Of a DNA stretch of 64,000 nt, positions 37,727 to 50,560 are shown one piece after another. The position numbers and the translations under genes are program-made. The notes beneath the pieces were generated by a model. The model worked only from the letters and a program-made list of their open reading frames with translations. It was not told the DNA's origin and ran no database searches. Position 1 is the first letter of the stretch. Each line of letters opens with the position of its first letter. The DNA is from Chrysomallon squamiferum (lineage: Eukaryota; Animalia; Mollusca): assembly GCA_012295275.1 (NCBI GenBank), contig CM022672.1, positions 930,001 to 994,000 of the forward strand, in the 5' to 3' direction.

Positions 37727-40143
37727 TCATGACTGAAAGAGATTACTCTCTAGCAGAACATGCTTGGCACTGACAAAATGTAAAGCTTGACTGTAAAACT
37801 CTCTCAAGTCACGCAGAACACTGCGATCTTCTCTGCTATTGCTGACATATTTCTTGTTGAGAATTTTGTTGCAGAGGTAATGAATCCATAAAACATTGGT
37901 GTGACTGTTAAAAGAATCCCAGTGATTTCTGAAACACAGTAAAATAAAATCATTTTACATATATATGTTCTGAATTAATAATAATACTAATATAAAAATG
38001 TACCTTTAATTGAACTAATAATGAAATAGATTTAAAATATTTTATGTGCTGATTTGTCTACTGCAGAAATGTGATAAGAAAACGAAATTACTATTAGAAT
38101 GAATATATTAAACATTCAGTATATTTGAAACAATAGACACAAAGGATGTATTTAATTTCACTTTAAAGATAATGATATCCCCTTTATACATGCTCACCAC
38201 ATGCAACTATATCACAATCTATATACAAATTTAAATTCGTTTAAACATTTTCCAGTCTTATGTAAAATGCAAAGTATTGTTGTTAATCAAAATAATTTTT
38301 TTTTTAAATAAAATTCCCATATATTATTCCATTCCAAGAAATGAGATATCTATTTAAACTTTTTTCAAAATGCAGCAGAAGGAAAAAGGACAATGGATAA
38401 ACACACCAAGAGATGAAAAAATATTCTTTCTTTAAACACTTACTTATTTTCTTCTTTCATCTTCCTATATATGTCAAATTGATAATCACCTGATCCCTCA
38501 AACAGGCCATCATCTTGGGCTAAATCACAAAACACTGTGCATCCATCTGAAAAAATAACCAGGTAATCACTTTTATAGAAATTTAGTTAATCACTAATTG
38601 TTTCACTTAGTGCATTGTTTATTTATTTATTATGGCTGTGGTTTTTTAAATATTTATACAGTTGCATTGTATATTATACATAATTTAAAATAAGATACAT
38701 AATAAGAAAAAATTCATAACAAATAACGACAATGAATGTTATCCAAATAAGAGAGAATTTAACCAAAAAAATTACACAAAATAAAAATAAAAATCTTTTT
38801 ATATATACAACAGAAAGGGATATATAAAATAAAAATTAATAATATTAAATTAAAAATCTGAGAGAAAGAACGACAAAGATAATAAAATTAATTTACTAGG
38901 GCTAACACAAGATTCAAAACCAACCTTTCCTCAGTCTGGAGAGTGTGAAGTCTATGATACTCACAACAACTCCATGACAGTCTATCGCAACTTGCTGCCC
39001 GTTCAGTCTGCATGTAACCTGCTGTCGATTCACCTCTCTCACTAACACATTTCCTATGTGTAAATCTCTGTGTTCAAACTCAAGACTTTCCTCAGCAACA
39101 GCAAGTGACATGCACACTTGTTGTAAGACACTCTTGGCTTGGAACGGGCTGTTGAACTGTAAAAAAAAATAAAACAAAAAAAATAAAGTTTAAATATGGT
39201 AATATATTTTAATTAATGATTAAACTGAATGTAATGGTTTCTGCAATTACATAAAGCAATATCAACTATTACAATGTAAGCAAATCTAAAATAACAACAC
39301 ACATTTACTAGCGAAACAAGCAAAAAACAGCATCTAGTATGTTTTCTCAGCTTTATCATACACTCAGTTATCACCAAATATTTTGAAGCAAACAAATGAA
39401 AGATGACAAAAAGTATTTAGTCCATTCTAAATGTCATTTCTGTAATGGAGCACTTTAATAATTGTTTTGAAAAAAGAGCAGTTTAAGCTTTATTATAGTT
39501 TGAACAGACCTGGAATGACTCAAGATCACGACCACCGTCTGCAAACTCGAAGACCATGAATAACTGATCCTCTGTATAAAAATCTAATGAGAGAAAGAAA
39601 AAAAACGAAAAAAATAAACAGTATGTGTGTGCATCCATCAGCCCATCCATGGGACTACAAAATAAACACTAAATATATAACTTTTATCTATGAAATGACA
39701 TCCTTAGTATTATTTCAATTCACTATTTGCCTTTATTATTAGCAAAGACTGGTCTGCTATAGTAAATAAAACAATAACACAAAAAAACAGCAAAATGTAA
39801 TTAAAATATTTATAAGCATCATCAAAAAGGGAGCTTTTCAGTTAATTTGTTATTAAAGTTTATATAAATTCATATTTGAATATTTCTTACCTGGTCTGTC
39901 ATTTTCTGATTTCTTAGCTTTATCAAACACATCCCACTGATCAAGTAGTTTAGTAGGATACGAGCCTTTAACACATGACACTCTGTGAAAACAATTAAAA
40001 TTTAAATAAAATCAAATACATTTTAAAATAGTTTCAATAATATAGATTAATTAACATCCAGTTGAGAAGTTAATGTGTGCTAATTTAAAAAAAAATTTAA
40101 ACTTTAATTTTTGTCAAGATAATACTTTGTGTATGTATGTGCA

Positions 40144-40186
<43 letters not shown>

Positions 40187-43100
40187 CATGTGTGTGTGTG
40201 TGTGTGTGTGTTTATGTACGTATGTGAATATCTAAATGGTTTAATTCTAATTAATTGTAAAATTAAACTGTGTTACAACATAATTAAGTTGAAGCTTACT
40301 GTTTTACTTCGGTGAAGTTTTCTGTCTTGTTCATAGAATCCTGTCGTAGATTGCTCAACTCCCTAAAAGAAATTAAAATATTGTAATTATATATTTGTGA
40401 GTTAGTTTGTGGCTTTTATAGTGTACTATTTGGGAGTTAGTATAATAACAAAAATTCAAATGAAAATAAATTAACTATAAAATAGTTATCAATTAATACA
40501 AAATAAAAATAAATAAAATAATATTTTTAAAAAGTATTAAATTCATTTTTTACTTTTTTCTCTTTCAGAAATAATTTCCTCACATTTCTTGTTAGTAAAT
40601 TTTTTAAAAATTAATGTTTCATTAACTATTACTAAACTAAATAAAACCTAAATAATTACATGGAAATGACTACTTCAGACAAAATTTCAGAAAATGTCTT
40701 CTGAGGTTCATCATTTACATTAGTCTTTCCCTCAATAGGTATAATCTGCAAGAAAAGTAAGTAAACATAAACATTTTATTATACAAAGTTTACAACATTT
40801 TCTGTAGAGATTAATAATATTAGCGGACAGTAGTTAGTTGTTAGAACATGAAATATTTATGATCATGTTCCACTTATTAGCAGGTTTTGAATTTTACCAA
40901 GGCACCAATGGCAAATGCTGTGGTTGGTGATATCCATGCTGTAAAACCCTGTGGCTGTCCTAGCTGTTTTACTGACCACATCAGATAAAAACTATAAAAA
41001 CAGAAATATTATCACTCCATATTTTCATGAAACTACCACATTTTTTTAAAAATTGGATCGATATACTACTGAACTTTTTGTTTTTAATTTTTGTTTAAAA
41101 TATTGTTCAAAATATACCTTTTATGGAGAGTAGTATGTCTCTACACATCACCATATTAACTGTACTATGTCTGGAGACAGTTCAGTAAAATTAAATTGGG
41201 ATTTCTTTTTAATTTTAGCCTGTAAATGAAAGTCTTTTCACTTTAAATTTCTCATCAGTCACTGATTCCTACCTTGATGGCTACAGGCTGACCATTCCGT
41301 GATGTTCGGAAAACTTCTCCAAATACACCCTCTCCAATCTTCTCTATGTTTTTCATCATGCTTTGAAGAAAAAATAAGTTTAAAATAAACAAAAAAGAAA
41401 TAGTCTTATATTTGCCAATGATATCAACAATTAAAGTAACTAATATAAATAACAAATTGATGTGATTAAATACATTTGTTTCAATTAATTAAAACATTAA
41501 TTTGTTTTCGCACAACACACTACACTTTTTTTGGCATCCTGTCGTAGATTGCTTAAAAAATGTAAATATTGTAAATATATTACTTGTTAAAGATTAAAAG
41601 GATGAGTATTAAAGTTAACAAGAGAAAATTAATAAAAACAATATTTACACTAGAAAATTGAAAATACTGCCTAAAAGTTATATGATGAAGACAATACTTT
41701 TAACATATTTCAATATGCAATTTCAATCAATTTTAAAGAATGAAGTGGGGTTTTGTTGCAGTGAATAGATTTTACAACAACAACAAAAAACAAAAATAAT
41801 AATATTTAAGAAATAAAGAAATAAAATAAAGAAAAAAATAATAACAAAAATAAAAGACAATAGTAGAGAAACCAAAAAAAGCACAAAACAGTATCTTCAA
41901 TAAATTAAATGTTTACAAAAATAACAACACAAATAATCTGATTTATGAATGTCCTGGTTTGTGGAATTGCATCAGAGCATTATGCAACCTAGTTTTAACA
42001 ACATTGTGAGATAACCACACCACAGTACAGTGTTAAAAATAGTTTTGTACTATATATTACCTGTTTGGAATGCACTTGCTGAAAGGTATACAGGTTGTTT
42101 GGTCACAGATATCCAATATTTTAGATCTTGGGGATACTGGTATTTTCTCACATATTCCTCGAGAGGGTGTAAGTATTTCCTTTACAAAAAAAATTAAAAA
42201 AATAAATAAATATCATTTACTTAGTTACAAGTAAAAACACTGAATTTAAATTCACAATTTTATTAAATCGTGAAACAGATTAATTTTTTTCTCTGTATTT
42301 TCTCTCTCTTGTTAGTTGTGATAGCTGTCTGCAGAGAGTCTTTACTTACAATAGACATGTCAGACATTAATTTTTCCATGTCACACATATCATTTTCATT
42401 TTTGTTGTCGTCCTTGTCTTCAGCACAATTATCATTTTCTTCAAACTCATTAAAGGAATTATCATCATCATCATCATCAACCCACTCTTCTTCAATAAAT
42501 GTGTCTGTTAACACATAACGAGTGTCATCTTTTGCTGATATAATATTTTCACCCAGATCCTGGTCTGAAGCCACAGCATCTTCATCATCTTCCTGAATAT
42601 CATTCAGATTATTTACTTCATAAGATAAGTCTGCATCAGCATTTTCCTCATCTAAAAGACTGGTTTCATCAACATCATCATCACTGTTGGCTGAACAGTG
42701 CAAGTCCTGATTATGAATGATTTCATTTCTTGAACGATTTCTCAGAAATTTGTGACTCTCTGCACAAAAGTGAAGGGGTTTCTTCAAACGAACAGAATGT
42801 GACTGAGAATTGTAGATTGAAAATGAGTTTGCCGTCACAGGACTGCTGAACAAATCTGCAGACTGCTGTAACAAGTCAGCTGGGGTGACACTTCTCAAAC
42901 TGTATGGATGAGCGGGAAACAGAGACTCTCTTTCTGTCCTTTGTTTCACACTGTCCATGATAAAAGAACTTGACTGTGATTTACTGACATCGGAGAATGC
43001 TGGTGATGAAACAGAATGATCTGACATCATTTCTGATGTACCCAGTGATGCATCATTGCCAACAGCATGACACTGGCCCCCTGGCACTGGACTGATCATA

Positions 43101-44436
43101 GAAATATTTGAATCTTTTATAACTCTCCGTCTCTTATTAACTGCAAGTTGGCTTCTGCGGTATGGAGTACTTGTCTCAACTGCAGTCTTTTTCAGTTGTT
43201 TTGTCTGTACAATTATGTCATTAGCATCCAGTGATGCAGATTCAACTAATAAACTGTACTCATCAATCTCACTAAAATCTATCCTGTTCGTTGGCGGTGA
43301 GGTTGCAGACAGCCGCCTGTTGACTTTCTGTTGACCATTACGTGTGTTCAGTGGTTTTCTGATTGCCCTGTGACACTTTCGTCTTGGACTATCCTGTAAA
43401 ATAGATATTTCCAATAATCCAGTTTCATTGTTTAAAAATAAGTGTTTTAATACTAATGTACTAAGCTGATTATGTTATACTGATACAGTAAACTCATTTG
43501 TTGACCAGCTGCCATTTTCAGTGAAGGACCAAATAAATTAATACTTCATGAAAGAAAGTTAAAAAAAAAAATAAAAAATCATAGATCCAGAAATAACCAA
43601 ACAAAACAGAATTTGTGGGAAAAGAAATACAAAAAAAAAAAAAAAATACAAAGAATCCAGTGCGATAAACATAAACAAATGTAAACATTTAGCTACTAGA
43701 TGGAAACATTAATATTATGATAAAGCAATTTTCAGAAGGTATATATATTTTCAGAATAATATAATGTACCTTTGAGAAAGAAATGATGCCATCGAACTTT
43801 CTTTCTGACTGTTTTGGACATTTGTTTTCCTTATCAGAATTTTGGCTGCAATGTTTTTTCCTTTGGAAAAGATGCAAATATTTATCATTTGTGTATCATG
43901 TTACTTTATCATGGAAACAAAATTTCACAAATATGCAGATGCTGTTTTAAAAAGAAAAGCATTTTAAAATAACTTTAAAATTATATGTAAACTAAGACTG
44001 CAAAAGCACAAATGTTTTCTAAAAATAATGTAATTTTACTGAACATTCTGAAACAAATTATTACAGTTATTATTTTTAAAGCTAATAAGTAACCAACATT
44101 TCTTTAAAGAAAAAATGTTTAAAAAAAAGGTACAGCATTTGTCTCTTTATCTTGACCAAGCCTCTAAAATTTCGCTATATATCATTGCATAATATAACAA
44201 TAAAATACAAAAATCTATCCTATTCATTGGTAAAATTTTAATTCATACTCAGAATCTGACAGGGATGCAGAAACACATCTGCTTCCATTTCCAGTCTGAA
44301 CAGATGAGCTCTCTGAACTGGAATCAGAGCTGAGGCTGAACACATCTTCTTTGCTGTCTGACTCCACCCAGTGATCAGCCAATACAACACGTTGCCGATA
44401 ACGTCCATATTGTTTAACTATCTCACCACGTTTCAT
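37727..44436 (-). CDS. HASPIN: Haspin serine/threonine kinase (histone H3T3 kinase), about 793 aa
   Basis: Exons 44436-44249, 43860-43770, 43393-42350, 42179-42061, 41360-41273, 40745-40660, 40362-40300, 39982-39891, 39583-39510, 39156-38925, 38546-38444, 37928-37727 (2382 nt, open frame). Haspin signatures KIGEGVFGEV, VAIKIIPIEG, SENDRP, FEHRDLHIGNVL, IIDFTLSRL, GDYQFDIYRKM, TNVLWIHYL. N-terminal KQYGR (Pds5-binding-type motif) and STP (polo-box-type site). Confidence 0.95.
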
Positions 44437-45029
44437 GGTTCAGCTAAAGATCAACACATTAAATAAATGTTATTAAGCTATCAGTTTAAAAATGTTATTC
44501 AACAGGTCAATAACAAATTATTTAAGGAGGTTAAAGCATTGGAAAAGGCAGAACAGTGAACTGATGTATAAGAGAATTAAGTCCTAAGATCATTTCAGTT
44601 TGTTAATAATCATTATCGTCCAACTTTTAATTTACAATACATTATCATGATTATACATAATACAGTTGTTTTAAGATGTATTTTTCATACTTCTCTAACG
44701 GTAATCTTGATTCCTGGCGACTTAATTTAAACATTTAACAACACAGTGACAGTGAATGAGTGATTTTAGAGAATTGTGGAATTCCAAACTTTCTACTACT
44801 CCTCTACGGTATGCATTTATTTGCAACTATAATGAAACATAAATTGTAAACATTATTTTATTGTTGGATTCTGTAAAAAAAAAAAATAATAAATTAATAA
44901 AATTATATATTAATGACTAAAAATTATCATATAATTACAAATCTGACGTGCAGAAATAACATTTTTAGATTTCTGAATCTAATTTACAATACAACCGGTA
45001 AACGAAATATATTCAACGGGATATAATTA

Positions 45030-45145
45030 TAATAAACATTCAAATATGAAGCGATTCAAACCAAATATAACGGCCAATAGCATTAGTTCGCATTCCAATG
45101 GCGCATGCGCGCGAAAATAAAGTAGACTGAAACTACAAATGGGCC
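45030..45145. promoter_or_regulatory. Putative haspin promoter, possibly bidirectional
   Basis: Local CpG-rich patch with TTTGAA (CHR-like, - strand) at 45039-44 and 45055-60, CCAAT at 45074-78 and 45095-99, NRF1-type palindrome GCGCATGCGC at 45101-10, and ACTACAA at ~45132. Confidence 0.6.
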
Positions 45146-48123
45146 GGTTCCGCAATGCGGTTATTTTGAGTTATGTCCCTTGATTTGTCGTTAGATGCCG
45201 CTGCGGGGAGTAACAAAAAGAGCGGCTATTGCAAAAAATACACCACGACGAAGCAAAGTGTTATCAACAAAACATACTCTAAATACCCGCAACATAAGCC
45301 TGTTGACACGTCGATAACTGACCCGAATCTCTCCACTCATCACTGATTGATTGCAGAGCCAGAGGTAAGATTTCATTACGAAGCCATTAAATTATTATCC
45401 AACATATTATCATAATTCTGTACGTAAACAAACTCAAACTGTTACAAACTAACGAAGGACTTTGACCTTGTCCAGCTCGTTCCTGTTCCCTGTGACACAG
45501 GTATAATATCCGCTCCATATTGCCATATAATATTAGAAAGTTAAATGTAACAGTTAAAGGAAGTAAACATTACTATAATAATAATACTATTAGTATTAAT
45601 ACTTTATACAATTCGTCATTCTTAAAATCGGCATACAATTTTAAAATGGTAAAACATTTTTAATTCATAATTGTACCTTTTCAGGAATGCCAGACAACTC
45701 GGTACACGGACAGTCTTGTCTAGTGTTGGACAAGTGTTGTTTTTTAAATTAAAGTATTCTCACCGAAATAAAAGAATGTGTTTTTGTTACAATGCTAGTA
45801 TTGAATTAGTCCCACCTTAATCTAATCGTCTCGAAACGAAGTGTCATGTCGGATTGATAAATTTCTGGCACACAACAGTACTTCTTACCCATCCTGTGAA
45901 AAAATATATATGCGGCACTATCGAGGTTTATCTGTATATAATGGTATTTTATAATATTTGTAATGTTTCCTGTAACTAATTAAATTATTGTTATTTACAG
46001 GTAATCATTGTATCATTTTTGTGCATGATATGTTTTTAATACTTAGTATATTTAATTAATCCAATGTCTCTTTCAGGTAATTCTGAAAATGATAGTTCTC
46101 CTTTAATTTAATTATTTACTTCTAATACTGTTTCTGTATTTCAGTCAGCTTGTTAACTGGTAATATGTTCATTAAAAACACAAGCATGAATTTTGCACAA
46201 GCACCTAACAATAGCACTTGCATTCTTGAGCTGCATCTGTCCTTTTTTCTAAACTTTCAAACTTGGGTATACAGTATACTGGTATTCTGCCTTGGTTTTT
46301 CTGTCCAGCTTCTGATTATATAATCTTTAGCATAAATACTGAGAGCTCTTGTTCTCAGTGTGGATATATTATCACTATTGCTGTGATGTTGTATTCTTAA
46401 ATTATTTCTAAGGTTATTTCTAGTATTTGTGTTTCTTATCTAGTTTATTTACAGGCAGGTACTAAATGTAAATTGATGTTTGTGGATTAAGTCCGTACAT
46501 TATAATATAATGTAGTAATACATAAAATAACTCTTCTACAACTATATTTATTTAAAGTAATCAACTGACATATGAAGTATAAATTCTAATGTCTAAATGG
46601 TAATGTAATTAATATTATGATTTCTTATAACTACATACTAAGGGGTTTTAACATTAAATTAATTGTGTGATAGTTAACTGAGAGTAAGATGTTTGTACAG
46701 TTTGCATTCTTGAAAGAGATAGTTTATTTTATGGCTATGACTAGTATTGCTATTCATATAATTATGGTGTTTGGATTATAGTGTTTGTATGAAACTTAGT
46801 GCATTTTATTATTTTATTTAGATTGCTGTTGTTGAATGTGTGTTGGTTACCGGCCAGGTGTCAAACCTTAGTCACACAAACTTGGTATGTACATGTCTGT
46901 GTAGTTATATGTGTATAATTTTATGACATTGTGATGTATATGAATATGTTAATATTAGTAGTGAATGTTTAACTGCATGAAGGAATAACATATGGTGTTA
47001 TGTCATGTGTATTGTTTGATAAGAACCATGTTTTAGCAATATGTGGCAAGATAGATATGTTTAATAATTTATGACAGTCTAGGGAATGTTATGCGTTATA
47101 TATATGTATTTCTTATATTCCAGTCTTGTTGTATTTTAATTCATTGATTGTTTCAGGGTTTTAAACTTAAATTGTGTATGATATCAAATAAAAAGCCATT
47201 GTCCTGAACCTACAGCTGTTTGTCTTTTTGAAAACAAACTCAAATACTGTTACATATATTATAAATTTTAAATACAACACACATATATATAATACATATA
47301 TATAAGAATAATCAAACCCTATGACTAGTACAACATCCCATTCTGATTTCAATAACAAGTTTTTAACAACTTCAATTACATTTACTTAGGCTAATAGTAA
47401 TATAGATAGTCAAGATCAGGTCACAGTCTACATTTCATTGTTTACGTAGTGCTGCTATAACCAGATGGTAATTGATCACACACTATCATGTAGTTTTATT
47501 CAGTAAATAGATACCGCGATAGAGAACTACATAAAATAATCTCTCTGTGAAAACCAGTTTGAGCATTTAAACAAAGCATCCCCACTATAACCAGACAGTA
47601 ATTAATGACACAATATCATGCAGCATCCAAGTGGCTGTTTACCTTCCTGCTCCCTGATTCATAAAGGTTGCATTTGGACTAAATCAAATGGTTTTGGGTC
47701 AAGAGTTTGAGATGGAAAATCATAAGGAGTTACTACAACTGCAGCTCTGATTGGTGGTTATATGTGATGGTTAAATTTTGTGCTAAGCAAGTGGTACCAC
47801 CCAGAACTGGGGAGGATTTGCCAAATGGGAAGATAACTCTAAATAATTACATTATGGAACTGGCCCAGTAAGGGGCATGACAGACAGGTTGTTATGGTCG
47901 ACATGAGTAGCTTCATAGGAGACTTTAAACTTTGGCAACTAACATGTACATATTTTGAATTAGATAGTACAATAGCCATAGAAAACGGTCTGCTGAAAAT
48001 TACATCGGAATGGTATAAATTAAAAAACAGTGCAACAATTTGGACAAAGTTTCTGCAGCTTGAACCCGAGGGTTTTGATAACACCCGTTTAGTGTCACAT
48101 ACAACCCCAACACTTGTTTTTAT

Positions 48124-50560
48124 GGGGTCATTCTGTGACAAATCACCCAATGGGTTAAACCCAACCGTCTCAGATTTTTATAAAACTTGGTATACTTGTT
48201 GACTGGGATCACACAGCACCAAATCTGAAATATTAGCGCAATCGGATCAGTGGTGTGGGAGATATGGCCCACCGAATTTTGAGATTTTTGTTCAGTTTGG
48301 AAAATATTGGAGTACATTGACCTTATGACCGTGAAATTGACTGTGTGGATCATGTGACCTTGAGATGACCTTTATTGAAATTTAATCTCCCACATGTTAA
48401 CTAAAACATATAAAAGTTTTTTTTATCAAAAAATGGTGAGCGAGGTGAAAACAAGATGACATGTTTCCTGGATGTAATATTTTTTGTTTAGCAACAATAC
48501 AGATTTTAAAAATGCACATACATGAAAATAACACGTTTTCAGCCATTAACATCTGATTAACTAAAACCTGAATGATCAATTCTGGATGCTGGGAATCACC
48601 ATCTTTCTTGATCACTGAGTAAGACATTGTAGGACTACATGTATGCATAAAGTTCACATATAAAAGTTTCCTGGGTGTAATATTTTTTGTTTAGCCATAA
48701 TAGAGATTAAAAAAATGCATATCTGCATGGATGATTTATACAATGCATTACAATGTACATTTTCTCTGAGATCAAAAACTCATCTTTGGAGTTAAAACCT
48801 ACCTGACATGTTTGAAGGAATGCCTGAAGGATATGAAAAGATGCCAAATGGCATGACATGTTCTACACAATCAGGCTCAAAGGGTTAGTAGGAAGTGATG
48901 CTTCAGGCAGGTCAGGAACTCTGGTGCAATCCCCATTGAGCACATGGCAATTAGAAGTTTAAGACAAAGAAGTTTCTTCATCTGCATTTCTTTGACAATC
49001 TGAAGCTTTTTCAGTTGGACACAATGTCAGATGTTGGTAAGTAAGCATTGTTTTCTTCATAAAACCTATTAAGTCATTTTATCATGTCATGTGGCCTTGC
49101 CATTGGTTTTGAACAAGGTTTCAGTCAACAACAGTACAACCCAGTCTGAAATTGGACGTCATCAAGTGATGTACTGCATAATATATTTGTACACCCAGTC
49201 TTCGGCACAGAGTATGAACACAGTCTACCTTCGCCTTAATAAACTGTGATTTATACTCAAGAAGATTGACATAAATGCCCAAGATTTGTGGGCCTCTGGC
49301 AGTAACACATGTACTCTGCTGCCATTTTATGACCTGCTTAACTTTACTGAAAGGGTTTCAGGATTTGATTTGATATTTAGGAAAGCACTGACTTTGTTCT
49401 ATTGAATTGAAGGTGCAGGCCAATACTGAAAATCCTTATTTCTTCCAGGGCTAACTGCAGCTTTAACTCTACACCATCATATCAAAAAGGAGTTGTTGCG
49501 AAGTGTTTGGAAAACTGAGGAAGTCGAACTCCTCACTCTTCGAAGTGGGATCTAAACATGGGACATCAAGAGTATCTGTTCACATCATGAACAAGAACTT
49601 TTAATCAAATTTTCAACATTGCAGAAAAACTGTTGTGATCCCCTTAATCGCCATTCTAAGCAAGCATGCACTAGATCTTTAAGAATTGTTAGCATGGGCA
49701 CTTACAAATGCTTAGTAAATCCTCCAAAGACACTAGTGCCAGGAGACAAGTTGTGCTGTGACTGTCTGATTAGCCTTCAGAAATCAAAGGTCCAAACCCC
49801 TGCAGAGGATGGCTTTAGTACAGGTGGTATTACAATGGGAGAATTTGATGATAACTTGCCAGACAAACCGCTGGTTGTTGTTTCCCCAGAAAAGGACTTT
49901 GATTTGAATTCTATCCTGTTGAGTTTAGGCAAAACTCCTATCAAACTCCATTCACTAGCACATTCCAGTAAACGAATGAAAGGACAGAACAAACTAGCAT
50001 CAGCTACAGTAATATTAAAATGACATCTTAATGTCTGAATCCTACCCAGACTTTGGCACCCTTTACCATTGAAAGGACAATGAATGAATTTGAAACAACT
50101 AATTACCTTATGAAAAAAAAGCTGTGTGGTGAAGAAAGAAAGTTTCTATTCCTCGGTGATAAGAAACAAGGGAAAGTTCTGTCAAATGAATTGAAGAGGA
50201 AATAATCCAATTTTATGAAAGTGATGAGAACAGTAGAATATGTCTGGGAATGAAGGATACAGTGGGCGTTTGAAACAAAGAAGGTTAAGCATCAGAAACA
50301 CCTAGTTCTCTCAAATTTATGTGAACTTTATGCATAAATGTAGGCCTACAATGCCTTACTCAATGATCACGAAAGATAGTGATTCCTAGCATCCAGAATT
50401 GATCATTCAGGTTTTAGTTAATCAGATGTTAATGGCTGAAAATGTATTATTTTCATGTATGTGCATTTTTTAAATCTGTATTGTGGCTAAACAAAAAATA
50501 TTACGCCCAGGAAACATGTCATCTTGTTTTCATCTCGCTCACCATTTTTTGATAAAAAAA
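48124..50560 (+). mobile_element. Decayed DNA transposon (probably Sola2-like) with long inverted repeats and a broken transposase
   Basis: Terminus-like GGGGTCATTC at 48124. A ~245-bp inverted repeat at 48417-48660 vs 50317-50560. Broken ORF ICSHH..QKNCCDPLNRH..LVPGDKLCCDC (49500-49780) and KQGKVLSNELKR/KIIQFYESDENSRICLGMKDTV..HQKHLVLSNLCELYA..QHPELII (50165-50410). Superfamily is from recalled motifs. Confidence 0.7.

Noticed and set aside
45900-47200. Intronic snoRNAs in the putative divergent transcript
   Set aside because: No convincing C/D box pair with terminal stem or H/ACA structure found by eye. A covariance-model scan is needed.
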